A DNA stretch of 64,000 nt from positions 7,027,416-7,091,415 of the forward strand of contig NC_057749.1 in assembly GCF_004010195.1 (NCBI RefSeq), read 5' to 3'. How positions within the stretch are numbered: the first letter of the stretch is position 1; every line of letters starts with the position of its first letter. Shown piece by piece: positions 46,878-59,875 of the stretch. The notes beneath the pieces are model-generated. The model was not told where the DNA came from. It did not search any database and saw only the letters and a program-made list of their open reading frames with translations. Origin of the DNA: Chiloscyllium plagiosum (Eukaryota). The position numbers and the translations under genes are program-made.

Positions 46878-47185
46878 AGAATCCTTACGATGTGGAAGCA
46901 GGCCATTCAGCCCATTGAGTTCCCACCGATCCCTGTAGCCCTGCATTTCCTGTGGCTAAAACACCCAGCCTGCACATCCCTTGGACACTGTGAACAATTG
47001 AGCATGGCTAATCCACCAAACATGCATATCTTTGGACTGTGGGAGGAAGCCAGAGCACACAAAGGAAACCTACCCAAACACAGGAAAAATGCGCACACTC
47101 CACCCAGACAGTTACCAGAGGGCGGAATTGAACCCAGGCCCCTGGTGCTGTGAGACAGCAGTGCTCACCACTGAGCTGCCGTGCT
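46878..47185 (-). mobile_element. HE1-type V-SINE, diverged
   Basis: rc head cagcagtgctcaccactgagctgcc; rc V-domain. Confidence 0.85.
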
Positions 47186-48029
47186 GCTCCTAAAATTCTA
47201 ATATTGCATTAGCCACTATGCCACCTCAGACAGTGATATGTCTTTCCCTTGTTTAACCTTGAAGCATGAACATTTCAGGAACAGCCAGCAATTATTACTA
47301 AGAGTAGGTGGTGCTGAACTGCCTTCTTGAACAGTGATCGACCATTTGCAGCATGTACACCAACTGTACCTTACATTGTAATGGTTTACGACATTGCTCG
47401 ATCATTTCATGGACCTATTAAAAGGCAACCACATGGTTATTCAGCCGGAGTCACGTATGTAGATCAGACCATGTAAAATTGGCAGATTTCCTCTTATGAA
47501 GGATATTGAGAATCAAATGAGTTTTTACGTCAATGCACTAACATCGCGATCATTGTTAGGCCAGCATTTTGCTTTATTTTATTCCAGATGCATTAACTGA
47601 ATATAAATTTATGAGTGAGTCAAACTCATGTTTCCAGAAAGCCAGTCCAGGCCTCTGCCGTCCTAACCAGTAACATTATAGCCATAGCCTTAACAGAGCT
47701 TGCGGCTGCTCTCTCATTAGAGAGAAAGGGACATGTTATCTGGTCTGTGCAGACAAATCGGACCAAAGGCTCTGCTTCCATACTGCGTGATTCAATGCGT
47801 GGTGGGTGATTTAATCTGAGGGGTCACCATAGCTTAGGAGAGGGGAGAAGTTGAGGAGAGTGCTTCATGATAACCTCAACCAAGTGGGCGTTGAACCCAC
47901 ACCATTGGCATCACACTCCATTACAAACCAGCCATCCAGCCAACTGAACTAACCACCTGTCTGGTAACTCACTGCCACATGAAGTGGTTGAGGTAATGCA
48001 CTTAGACTTCAAAGATTCCCACACAGATT

Positions 48030-48625
48030 CAGAGTTATAGAGTCATACAGCATGGAAATAGATCCTTCGGTCCAACCAATCCCTAACTAAACTAGTTCCC
48101 CCTGCTTGCGCTTGGCCCATATCCATTCAAAACCTTCTTATTCATGTACTTATCCAAGTGTCTTTTAAATATTGTAACTGTGACCACATCCACCATTTCT
48201 TCTGGAAGTTCATTCCACATATGAACCGGTTAGCCCCATCATGCCTTTTCAAAATCTTTCTCCTCTCAGCTTAAAAATACGTCCCCAACTCTTGAAATCC
48301 CCCATCTGAGGGAAGAGACACCTGCTATTCACCTTATCTATGTCTTTCATAATTTTATAAACCTCTATAAGGCCACTCTTCAACGTCCTACGCTCCAGTG
48401 AAGGAAGTCCCAGTCTATCCAGCCTTTCCGTATAACTCAAACTCTCCATTCCCAACACCACCCTGTTAAATCACTTCTGAACCCTCTCCAGCTTTAATGA
48501 CATCCTTCCTATAACAGGAAGACCAGAACTGGCATCAGCACGCCAGAAGAGGCTTCACCAATATCCTGTACAACCTCACCATTACATCCCAACTCCTCTA
48601 CTCAAAGGTATGAGCAATGAAGGTG
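48030..48625 (-). mobile_element. CR1 LINE 3' part
   Basis: ORF 48249..48461(-) LGMESLSYTERLDRLGL.SLERRTL...LIEVYKIMKDIDKVN. Confidence 0.9.
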
Positions 48626-48659
48626 CTGAATGCATCTAAGGATACACATGCTTATACCT

Positions 48660-48920
48660 GTTTCCATTGCTGGTGTTTCGTGGAACTGGTTGCTAGCCTG
48701 CCAGAAGAAGTTATAGCTCGTGGGACACCACTCTGCACTGGGCACAGCTGATCAGGGAGTCTCTGCTACTATTATCACCCATGATAGTCATTCAGATTAG
48801 CTTTACAGGCTGGTAATCACCTGGATAACTGTGTTTTGAACACACCTGCCTTGACTATCAAGTTCTGCAGTGGATCTCAAACGCAGAGCTTCAAACGTCA
48901 GAGGCAAGGACACAACCCCA
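48660..48920 (-). mobile_element. SINE family D (old)
   Basis: cacagctgatcagggagtctct and aacacacctgccttgactatcaag are rc matches to 52755-52772 and to the 52335/52675 junction. Confidence 0.55.
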
Positions 48921-51044
48921 ATAAAATCCCCAGTATAGCACTTAGGAATTGGATCAAAGTTTATGGGGAGAGAGCAGGATTAGGCTATCGAGTTGGATGA
49001 TCAGCCATGGTCATAATAAATGGTGGAGCAGGCTCGAAGGCCCAAATGACCTCCTCCTGCTCCTATGACCTCCTGCAGGTCAAGGGAATTGGCCATGCTA
49101 AATTGCCCATTATGTTAGGTGCATTAGTAAATATCGGGTAGGGGAATGGGTCTGGGTGGGTTACTCTTCAGAGGGACACTGTGGATTGTTGGGCCGAAGG
49201 GCCTGTTTCCATACTGTAGGGAATCTAATCTAATCTATCTTCTTTGTTTTTATGTTTCTATCTCTGGAGGAACTTAAGGGCAGCTGGTAAAATCCATTGC
49301 AGCAGAGAGGAATATAGTGGTTTACTGTTGGATAAGAGAGTTGGGTGAGGAGTCATAGTTTGGACCAACGACTGGCCTTTGAGTTGTATACTCGACATAA
49401 TTTGTAATAGATTATCGACACAGCTCTCACATCAAGTGAAGCATTGTGTCAGTCGGAGGTATAAAATACACACTCCTCTGGCACAGTAAATCCCAGACCA
49501 TGTATGTAACAGGATAGTGCTGCACCTCTGCCTGCTTCTGCACAGAAGGATGAAATATAAATAGCCAAAGATGAGGGCTGCAGCAGCTTTGATTTGAAGG
49601 AACAGCTACTTTACATAAAATTCAAATTAAACCATCTTGTAATAACATGGCTAGCCATGACTGCACTGTGTAGTACTTACATCTTTATGATAATTCTACC
49701 ATAACACAATGGCACAGCATCACGCTGTAAACTATTATTGTAGGCCTCTGGAATTATCATATAATCCTCTTTTGACTCCATTTCGCACTATTAAAGCAGT
49801 TAAAAGTGTGAAACCTGTAATTCTAATCTCCCAAAGAAGCGCTGCTTGTCAGGCGTGAGGTGTCGGAGCAGCAGAGATAAATAGTGGAGCCATAACTGCT
49901 GAATTGTCTGTGTTGTGTCACAGGCATCTGTTTGCTGAGGGATTGATAACAATAAGCTTCTCTTGCCCGCTTGGGACATGGAACTACCTGTCTCCCAATG
50001 TGCCTAGATGGAAGCGAGATGCACCACTCAGAACCTCCACAGTTTGAGCAGTTTGCCTCCATGAACCTCAGTACCCTTTTTGTAGAGTTGTTAGGGTATC
50101 AGAGGCAGCCATTCGGCCCACTGAGTTCACACTACCCCTTTGTAGAGCAACCTACTTAGCCCTATTCCCCTGCTGTATCCCCAAAGACTATAAAATTATT
50201 CCCTCATGGGCTCATAGAATTTCCAATGGATATTCCAATAGAAGAGTCAGGTGGTAGAACAGATTTGATGGGCCGAAGGGCAATTTTCTGTGCTGTAGAC
50301 CTCTATGATCTCTCTCACTGTTTCCACTTTCATCATCTTAGTGGGCAGCAAGTTCCAGATCATTAACACGTGCGATATTTATCGAAAAATTCTTCCTCAC
50401 ACTCTTCCACCACCAAACCCCACATCTCTCGCCCAAAGTCTTAAACCTATGTCCCCTCGACCTGCACCATCTATTAAATGGGAATAGCACTCTTTTGTCT
50501 GTTGTACCTAAACTTGCTGTAATCTCGTACACACACCAAAAGTCCCATCCCTCTTCTTTGTTACAAAGGAAATCAAACCCAGCTTCTTCAACCTAAGCTT
50601 GTAGCTAACATCCCTTATCTCTGCAATCATTCTGCTAAGTCTTCTCTGCACCCTCTCGAGGACTTCTGCATCCTTCCTCAAGGATGATCAGCAAAAACCT
50701 ATTAATCTTAGTTGCTGAAATTTTCTGCCTCATCTGATTTTTGGAGGATGAGGTCCAGATTTCACTATTTGCTGTGTAATGAAACATCTCTCCTGGTTGG
50801 ACCAGCTCGAGATTTTAGAATCCCAACTCTTGGTTCTACGCTCCTCCATTAGAGGGAACGTCTTTTCTCTATCAAACCCATCATCTCTTTCAATCATCTT
50901 AAGTACCTCAACTAAATCCCTATGTAGTCTTTAGAATACAGTCTATCCACACCGTCCCCATAACTTCACCCTTTTTGGTCTCGATATCTATTGGTGAATT
51001 TGACTCACAGCCCATGTCCCCTGGGAATCTTCCCAAGCAATTCC

Positions 51045-51380
51045 ACAGAATCCCTATAGCGTGGAAGCAAGCCATTCAGCTCATCAAGTCAACACCGACC
51101 TTCTGAAGAGCATCCTACCCAAATCCAGTGATCCTGCATTTCCCATGGCCAATCCATCTAACCTACACATCCCTGAACACTATGGGCAATTTAGCATGGT
51201 CAATCCACCCACCCTGCTTGTCTTTGGACTGTGGGAAGAAACTGGAGCAGCCAGAGGAAACCCACGCAGACACAGCGAGAATGTGCAAACTTCACACAGA
51301 AAACTGCCTGAGGGTAGAATCAAACCTAGGTCTCTGGCGCTGTGAGGCACCAGTGCCAGCTACAAGCCACCATGCCACCC
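51045..51380 (-). mobile_element. HE1-type V-SINE
   Basis: rc tail agaatccctatagcgtggaagc; rc V-domain gaaacccacgcagacacagcgagaatgtgcaaac. Confidence 0.88.
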
Positions 51381-51754
51381 CATAGTAATTATTACAGTCC
51401 TGATTTAGTTATTTACAATCTTTGAGAAATCAAAGATGTCTCGCATTCCATTCTTGTAAACATTGCCTTTGTTGGAGAACAGCTTTCCATATTAGATTTT
51501 AGGTCTTCTTTGGTCACTCTGTTTACCTTCTGTCTCTCCCAACAGATCACATTTTATACAGGTATTAGGACGGATGCACTTCTGATGAATACTAAATTGG
51601 TGAAGAAGCAAAGACAAAAGAAAAATGTATTGTTCAGGACAAAAGGGAAGAAGGGAAGGTTTAAGAAAATGAAATTTAATGGATCATTTGGCATTTTATC
51701 ATTTCTGACTATCCTTGTTTTTGATTCATGATCAATGGTGATGGGATTAAATCC

Positions 51755-52130
51755 CACCCTAGATACTTGGGCTTAATACGTGAGCTGATACTCTGATGTA
51801 GTGCTGATGGTGTGCTGGCCTGCCCAAGGCCCTGCCTTTCAGATAAGGCCCTATCTGTCCTCACTGCTAAAAGGTCCATGATTGGTTTTGAGAAATGGCA
51901 GGGGATTTTACCTTAGGTCTTCCACTCAACAATTATTACTCAAATAAAATCACTGGAAAATCAGACCTGAAAGTTATTGCATTGCTGTTGGGGGGGAATT
52001 GCTGTGCACCAATTGGCAGCTGCATTTCCTGTATTCCTTTTTCCTACACACTTCAAAAGACTTAACTGACTGTAAAGTGCTTTGCGGCAGCTGATACCAT
52101 GCAAGGCGCTCTATAAATGCAACTTCTTTT
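51755..52130 (+). mobile_element. DeuSINE (SacSINE1-like)
   Basis: gctgatactctgatgtagtgctga...cctttcagataaggccc...cattgctgttg...aattggcagc...gcaaggcgctctataaatgcaac. Confidence 0.7.
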
Positions 52131-52269
52131 GATTTCTTAAATCCTTCTGCCCTGTGATATTGGATCGTTACTTAGTGCCATCTCCTGCCTTATTATCATA
52201 TTGTTGCAACATTATTTTTATTAAAATAATTGTTCATTGTCCTCTTGAACACTTTTAGAGTGAATCCTA

Positions 52270-53060
52270 GCGATGCAATGGGTAATGTCCTGCTTCTAAC
52301 CCAGAGGGCTGGAGTTTGAGTTACATCCCAGGCCTTGACAGTCAATAGAATATAGAACATTACAGCGCAGTACAGGCCCTTCGGCCCACGATGTTGCGCC
52401 GCCCTATGAAAGCAATCTGAAGTCCATCTAACTTACACTATTCCATTATCATCCATATGTTTAGCCAATGATCATTTAAATGCCCTTAAATTTGGCGAGT
52501 CTACTACTGTTGCAGGCAGGGCATTCCACATCCTTACTTCTGTCTGAGTAAAGAACCTAGCTCTGACATCTGTCCTATATCTACCACTCCTGAATTTAAA
52601 GCTATGTTCCCTCATGCTAGCCATCACCATCTGAGGAAAAATGCTCTCACTGTCCACTCTATCTAATCCTCAAGGAAGGAGTATTCATGTCTCAGTCAAA
52701 CAGGGCTCCTGTAAATCATTCCAGTACTTGGCGATGATGGATGAGAATGGGAGAGACTCCTGATCAGCTGTGAGCAAAAGGGAATGGCACACCACTGAGA
52801 TAGCTTGCCACATAGAACCGTGGACAAACACAGACATCCATGGGCACCAACTCCAACATATGATGTGCTCCAAGTACACTTGTGACAGCAAACAGCAACT
52901 GATTGAAGCTCCCCTTTCTGATCGCTGCACTTGGCTTGATGGCCAACAGGGTTACAAGCCCGCCTGCAGAATAGCGGCTCAAAACTTGGCAGGACTTCAA
53001 TAAAACCAATGGCTTGTCGGAGGAAAACATTTAGGAAGAACAAAGATAAGAACTTGGGGT
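52270..53060 (+). mobile_element. Long tRNA-headed SINE family D with RTE-5'UTR-like motif, split by a CR1 3' end (52346-52669, -)
   Basis: Head 52270-52344 resumes at 52670 (tcaa on both sides). aagggaatggcacaccactgagatagcttgcc...tggaca resembles the RTE/BovB 5' motif. The right boundary is uncertain. Confidence 0.55.
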
Positions 53061-54220
53061 TCAGGGAAATGAGCACAATGGAGAAATAAAAGCAGATGGG
53101 CTTCAGATTGGTTCCACAGGTCAGCGCAACATCGAGGGCCAAAGGGGCCTGTACTGCGCTGTAATATTCTATATTTAAATGAAAGAAGAGACCGTTTTCA
53201 TGATTTTCTAACAGTAGCGGTACTCAATTCACGTTGAGGAAGATTAAATAAATATTTTGAAGAAAGGTGTTGCTGAAGTACAGAGAAATAGAGGAGAAAT
53301 AGGATTAGAGAACTCTACAGTGGCTATAAAATTGCACAAGAACGTTTTGGTTCGATTTGCTTTTTCTTTCTACAGCATAATTCCTCAAAACAGACTGTAC
53401 GCCGACTAGGGACCGGAATGAATGAACGGCTAGAACACAAAGCCTTGTGAGCGAATCCCTCTCTTAAATACGAGGTCAAGGTCATTGTGTGCAAGTCTCT
53501 GGTGGACTAGAGTTAACAATATTACATTGTTGCCTGCACCAAATGGGAATTCTAACAAAGTGCAATGAAATTTCAGAAAAAAAATGCATTCACTCTCCCT
53601 TGCCTCATTGAAAGGAGTCTTTCCTTCAAATTCTTCGATTTAAAAGATGGAAAGCAATTCAGAAATCAAACCCAAGGAAGCAATGCTACCCTGAAGGCTC
53701 AGGGTGTAAATGCACAGCACAGTAGAGCATTAACAAAGGAGCTTTCAAATTCCATGTAGAAAGAAAAGAAAGACTTGCATGCATATAGTGTTTCTCACCT
53801 CCTTAGTATGTTTCAATGCGTTTAGGAAGTTTGTCTTTCACTCAATTTTTTTCCTCAGGAGTTGGGTGTCACATGACATTTGCTGCCAATCCCTAATTGC
53901 CCTTGAACTGAATGGCGAGCAAGGCCATTGCAGGGGGCAGTTCAGTGTCGTCAATGTTACTGCGAATCTGGAATCACACGCAGGCCAGGCCAGGTAAGAA
54001 TGGCAGATTTCCTTCCCTAATGGACATTACTGAACCAGTTCAGTTTTTACGACAATGATTTTCTTTTGTTAATTCATGGGGTGTGGTCTTCACTAGCTGG
54101 GTGGATCCCAGTTGCCCTTGAGAAGGTGCGGTGAGCTGCCTTCTGCGAATGATGCAGTCTATGTGCTGCAGATTGACCCACAATACCATTAGTGGGGGGA
54201 GTTCCAGGACATTATTTGAT

Positions 54221-54598
54221 AGGGTGGCACAGTGGCTCAGTGGTTAGCACTGCTGCCACACCTGGACTCAATACCACCCTCGGGCGATTGTCTGTGTGGA
54301 GTTTGCACATTCTCCCCATGTCTCCCAGATGCTCTAGTTTTTTCTCACAGTCCAAAGATGTGCAGGTTAAGGTGGATTGGCCGCAGGAAATTCAGTGTTA
54401 TAGAAATAGGGTGGGGAGGGGTTGTTTCTGGGTGGGATGCTAAATTGCCCACAGTGTCTAGAGATGCGCAGGTGAGGTGGATTAGCCATGGGAAATGCAG
54501 AGTTACAGGGATTGGGTGGGATGCTTTTCAGAGAATCAGTGTGGACTCGATGGGCCAAATGGTCTGCTTCTACCCAATAGGGATTCCATGGGTTCTGT
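54221..54598 (+). mobile_element. HE1-type V-SINE with an internally repeated 3' module
   Basis: gatg(t/c)gcagg..ggtggatt..cc..ggaaat occurs twice (~54357 and ~54462). Confidence 0.85.
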
Positions 54599-54711
54599 GA
54601 TCAGCAACGTTGAGATCAGCTTTCAATATCTAACCTTGTATTAATTAGTTGAAATTGCTTTCTAATGGCTGTTGCAGTGAGATTTGAAGCCATATCTCTG
54701 TATGGATTCAG

Positions 54712-54843
54712 GATTCCTGAAGAAGGGCTTATGCCCGAAACATCGATTCTCCTGCTCCTCGAATGCTGCCTGACCTGCTGTGTTTTTCCAGCACCACATT
54801 TTTCAACTCTAGTACTCCAGCATCTGCAGTCCTCACTTTCTCC
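54712..54843 (+). mobile_element. PLE family A pLTR end with hammerhead core at 54717-54744
   Basis: attc-CTGAAGA-A-GGGC-TTAT-GCCC-GAAA-CATC...ccagcatctgcagtcctcactttctcc. Confidence 0.88.
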
Positions 54844-54985
54844 CATTTGGATAACTAACCAAGTTATATTACCATATAATCTTCAAAAACATGTCGTGAC
54901 TGTTGGAGAATGCATAAAGGAAACTCCCCCAAACAGCTATAGAGAGATAACCTGTTTGTTTAGTCATGTTGGCTGTGAGATAAAT

Positions 54986-55303
54986 GTTGAAAAATGTATT
55001 GCTGGAAAAGCGCAGCAGGTCAGGCAGCATCCAAGGAGCAGGCATAAGCCCTTCTTCAGGAATGAGGAAGGTGTGCCAAGCAGGCTAAGATAAAAGGTAG
55101 GGAGGAGGGACTTGGGGGAGGGGCGTTGGGAATGCGATAGGTGGAAGGAGATTAAGGAGGTCGGGAAGAAGATTGCAGGTCAAGAAGGTGGTGCTGAGTC
55201 CGAGGGTTGGGACTGAGATAAGGTGGGGGGAGGGGAAATGAGGAAGCTGGAGAAATCTGCATTCATCCCTTGTGGTTGGAGGGTTCCTAGGCGGAAGATG
55301 AGG
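54986..55303 (-). mobile_element. PLE arm: GIY-YIG C-terminus, 3' UTR and pLTR, running into a gap
   Basis: rc from 55302 reads LIFRLGTLQPQGMNADFSSFLISPPPT...*; downstream sequence is homologous to 42265-42515 with the GAAACGTC segment deleted. Confidence 0.85.
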
Positions 55304-56168
55304 NNNNNNNNNNNNNNNNNNNNNNNNNNNNNNNNNNNNNNNNNNNNNNNNNNNNNNNNNNNNNNNNNNNNNNNNNNNNNNNNNNNNNNNNNNNNNNNNN
55401 NNNNNNNNNNNNNNNNNNNNNNNNNNNNNNNNNNNNNNNNNNNNNNNNNNNNNNNNNNNNNNNNNNNNNNNNNNNNNNNNNNNNNNNNNNNNNNNNNNNN
55501 NNNNNNNNNNNNNNNNNNNNNNNNNNNNNNNNNNNNNNNNNNNNNNNNNNNNNNNNNNNNNNNNNNNNNNNNNNNNNNNNNNNNNNNNNNNNNNNNNNNN
55601 NNNNNNNNNNNNNNNNNNNNNNNNNNNNNNNNNNNNNNNNNNNNNNNNNNNNNNNNNNNNNNNNNNNNNNNNNNNNNNNNNNNNNNNNNNNNNNNNNNNN
55701 NNNNNNNNNNNNNNNNNNNNNNNNNNNNNNNNNNNNNNNNNNNNNNNNNNNNNNNNNNNNNNNNNNNNNNNNNNNNNNNNNNNNNNNNNNNNNNNNNNNN
55801 NNNNNNNNNNNNNNNNNNNNNNNNNNNNNNNNNNNNNNNNNNNNNNNNNNNNNNNNNNNNNNNNNNNNNNNNNNNNNNNNNNNNNNNNNNNNNNNNNNNN
55901 NNNNNNNNNNNNNNNNNNNNNNNNNNNNNNNNNNNNNNNNNNNNNNNNNNNNNNNNNNNNNNNNNNNNNNNNNNNNNNNNNNNNNNNNNNNNNNNNNNNN
56001 NNNNNNNNNNNNNNNNNNNNNNNNNNNNNNNNNNNNNNNNNNNNNNNNNNNNNNNNNNNNNNNNNNNNNNNNNNNNNNNNNNNNNNNNNNNNNNNNNNNN
56101 NNNNNNNNNNNNNNNNNNNNNNNNNNNNNNNNNNNNNNNNNNNNNNNNNNNNNNNNNNNNNNNNNNNN
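55304..56168. other. Assembly gap (865 N)
   Basis: N run. Confidence 1.
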
Positions 56169-56568
56169 TTCCATACCCAGCAACATTCTGATAAATCTCT
56201 CCTCAACTCTCTCTAGCTTGATAATACCGTTCCTGTAACTGGACAACAAGAATGGTGGCACAATGGTTAGCACTGCTGCCTCGCAGCGCCAGAGACCCGG
56301 GTTCAATTCCCGCCTCAGGTGACTGACTGTGTGGAGTTTGCACATTCTCCCCGTGTCTGCGTGGGTTTCCTCCAGGTGCTCCGGTTTCTTCCCACAGTCC
56401 AAAGATGTGCAGGTTAGGTGAATTGGCCGTGCTAAATTGCCCATAGAGTTGGGTGCATTAGTCAGGGTAAATATGGGGAATGTGCCAGGGTGGGTTACTC
56501 TTGGGAGGGTCGGTATGGACTACTTGGGCTGGAGGGCCTGTTTCCACACTGTGGGGAATCTAATCTAA
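56169..56568 (+). repeat. CR1/HE1 junction duplicated from 36135-36412, followed by the rest of an HE1 copy
   Basis: 56169-56446 matches 36135-36412 without indels and with ~4 substitutions; the HE1 3' parts then differ. Confidence 0.9.
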
Positions 56569-57010
56569 TAAAATAATAGAGTATTTAATTGCTAAACAGT
56601 AGCTATTCCAACATAGTAACATCCCATAAACACACCCTCAGCAAAGGTAAATTTAGTAAAATAGACTGCCCCACATTCAATTCTCGCAGCCAGGAGGAAA
56701 AACATCAAGAGAAAACTCTGAGAGAGAGAGAAGCAGGGAGAGATGTACTGCAGTTTCTAAACCCAGCTTCACAAACCCAGCAACAGCTGCTACTGATAAC
56801 CCAAAACTAAAAGTCCTGGTTCTGTGGGAGCTTGACATCACCCATTTAGGCCACTTATATTGTTGCAACTTGAAAACAAAAATCCAAGCCAGGAAACAAG
56901 CTGTTTACTTTACCGGCTCTGAGCAGACTGATCGGCACCTCAGTCTCAACCCTTCTTCATCAAACAAAACCAGGACAAAATACACTTCTTAAAGCCACAG
57001 TATTGTTACA
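56569..57010 (-). mobile_element. LTR fragment (5' part) related to the solo LTR at 34560-35173
   Basis: rc begins TGTAACAATAC; rc acctttgctgagggtgtgtttatgggatgtt resembles accttttgtgccatgtgggtgtttatggggattgtt at ~34892. Confidence 0.6.
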
Positions 57011-57159
57011 CAGAAAATTTCTCATCCCTCAAAAGGCCTGGCAAATTTACTTGGTCATGAAACTGTATCACATCTCCTGCATCCTGTGCTGCCATCCATT
57101 GGCAATGTGGTGATATTTTTGCACAATGTGGTGCAGATCTAATGCAAGAGGAGGGACAG

Positions 57160-57355
57160 ATAAATGGATAGCCGATTTGCAGTGCAGAGTGACACCAAGA
57201 GTGCTGCACCGTCTGAGGTTACCAAGAAGGACTCAGCTTCTCAGCCCCTCCCCTCCCCTGAGGCACGCTGACCCTCAGGTTAAGCCAACACCAATCATCT
57301 CTCTCTAATGAGAGGGCAGTCCTATGGTCTGGTGCAACTATGGCAACATTACCTT
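57160..57355 (+). mobile_element. SINE family B
   Basis: cctgaggcacgctgaccctcaggttaagcc...ctctctctaatgagagggcagtcctatggtc...ttacctttt. Confidence 0.75.
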
Positions 57356-58821
57356 TTTTGTAATCTAATACTAGTGACATAATAACATTTGCTAAACAAA
57401 ATGCTTGCCAAACATAGCTAAAGTTAACACAATACATGCATCAATATTGTGTTAGATCAGATGGAAATATTTAAAAGAAAAATTCACTTAATCACTACCT
57501 TTGGAGCTGACTGATTATTGCTATGTAGTAAACATTCTAAACATGAGCCAATGATTCACAAGCAGAGCTGGGATGGATGATCTTTTTGTCTCTGTTTGGA
57601 GTTGTTAGTTGAGAGGGGAGTTCTAGTCAGGACACCAGGAGCATTCACTGAGATTATTAACATTTCTCTGAATGTTAGAGACAATATTGTACAGTATGTA
57701 CACAGGAATATAGGGTCAGGCATAGGCCATTCAGCTCCAAAACTTGGTCTGCCATTCTAGATAACAAAGGTTCACCAGACCATTTACTTGCATGGCAGAA
57801 TTATCGTACAAAGAGAGGTTGGGTCGATTATCTACATGCATACATTCAAGGCTAAGACAGACAGATTTCTGATCATTAAGGGAATCGAGGGTTCTGGGGA
57901 GCATACCCCCTAAGGTGCACACATAGTCTGTCTGCGGGTCCACGCACAATGATCAGTGTGCTAGCACCTTTGTCTCCACTGACTCTACAATGAATCTTGG
58001 AGGTTTGGTTGGTGGGAAAGCTCGCTGTGGGGAAATGGAGTTGAGCATTATCATGGAACATAGAACTGGACAGCACAGAAATAGACTCTTCAGTCCACAA
58101 TGCCGTATCGAACATGCCGCCAAATTAAATGGATCCCTTCTGCCTGCACATGGTCCAAATCCCTCCACTTCTTGCATATCCAAATATCCCTTAAATGTCG
58201 TATCTTACTCCACTACCACCCCTGGCAGTGCGTTCCAGACTCCAACCACCCTCTGTGTAAAATACATGTTCCTCACATCTCCTTTGATCCTTGCCCCCTC
58301 ACCTTTCATGCATGCCTTAAATGCAGCTATGATCTCAATGCATGGCAGAGCAGATCCGAAGGGCTGAATAGCCTATGTCTGCTTCTACACCTATGGTCTT
58401 ATGATCATCTACCTCAATGCCACTTTCCCCACACTATCTCCATATCTCTGATGTCATGAATACCTTGAAATCAAATCATCTCTGTCTTGAATGAGCTCAG
58501 TGACTGAGCTTCCACAGTTCACTGCAATGGAGAATTTAAAGGATTCATTGCCCTTTAAGTGAAGAAATTCCTTGTCATCCTAATCCTAAAGGGCCACTCG
58601 CTTAATCGGACATCTCTGCTATCTCAACACTCAACCTTCCAGCCAAACGAAGCCTCCTTCCTGCACTCACCCTCAACATACCTTTTTTTTTAAACAGTTT
58701 TGTAATTTGCAAAGAGTACAGCACAGAAACAGGCCATTCAGCCCAACTTGTCTGTGCTGGTTTTCATGCTCAGTGCATGCCTTCTTCTGTCTTACCTCTT
58801 CTAAATTTAACTCCACAATCA

Positions 58822-59105
58822 TGACTGTCTGTGTGGAGTTTGCACATTCTTCCTGTGTCTGCGTGGGTTTCCTCCGGGTGCTCCAGTTTCCTCCCACAGT
58901 CCAAAGATGTGCAGGTGAGGTGAATTGGCCGTGCTAAATTGCTCGTGCTGTTCAGGGATGTGTAGGTTAGTTGCATTAATCGGGGGTAAATATAGGATAA
59001 TAAGGTACGGGATGGGTCTGGGTGGGTTACTCTTCGGAGGGTCGGTGTGGAGTTGTTGGGCCAAAGGGCCTGTTTCTATACTGGAGGGACTCTATAATTC
59101 TATGA
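58822..59105 (+). mobile_element. HE1-type V-SINE, 5'-truncated
   Basis: Starts at tgactgtctgtgtggagtttgcacattc. Confidence 0.9.
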
Positions 59106-59875
59106 TGCTCCATGTGTTTATCTAGCTTCCCATTAAATGTATCTATGCTTTTTACCTGACTACTCACTGTGACAGCAAATTCCACCTCCTGTGGTACAAA
59201 GAAGTTTCACATTATTGTATTTGAAATAAAGTAAAAGAGAAGGAACAGGAGCAGGAATTGGACATTCCGCCTCTCTGCCACCCAATGGGATTTTCTATTT
59301 CTTCACTTTTCCACCCAGTTCATCTTGTATTTCTGACTCCAATTTGAAAAGTGGATGTCAAAGTAATATTCAAGCCAAAGATTAGGGTTTCCAACAGTGC
59401 TGTTCACCCTCAGTGTCTCACCGGAGCAGCAACTGAGATAACTGAGGGAATTGGTGTGGTAGTCCAACGCAGAATCTCTAATGGTGAGGCGCTGTTAAAT
59501 CTGTCCTGCAGACCAATTCAGAATTGCACAGCCACTTTTAAGGATAAAAAAAACTGAAAATTGAATGTATCAACAAAACTTGATAGTGAGAAGGAGTGAA
59601 GAAGCAACTGGTTCCCAAAGTCTGCAACGAGCACCATTTAATGACGGTGACAGCACCTCGCAACCAGATCCCAGAATGCAATCTGGTTTGCTTGATGACA
59701 TTTTGCTCCTTTTTAAAAAAAAATTACCGTGGCAGTCTTCCACTGAAACTTAAGCATGAAAAGGTGCAGATTTTTAGTTCTAACAATGAAACAGAAATTT
59801 ATTGCGTAAAAGGAAGGAAGTGAAAATTAAAACAAAGCAAACCAAGCTATAGCATTTTCATTCCACCTGTATTTT

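Noticed and set aside
49823..50062. NCSNCGG as a zinc knuckle
   Set aside because: It lacks the His/Cys spacing of CCHC and has no supporting retroelement context.
55085..56444. Long ORFs of 373, 322 and 385 aa
   Set aside because: They span the 865-N gap; the remainder is SINE, CR1 or PLE sequence.
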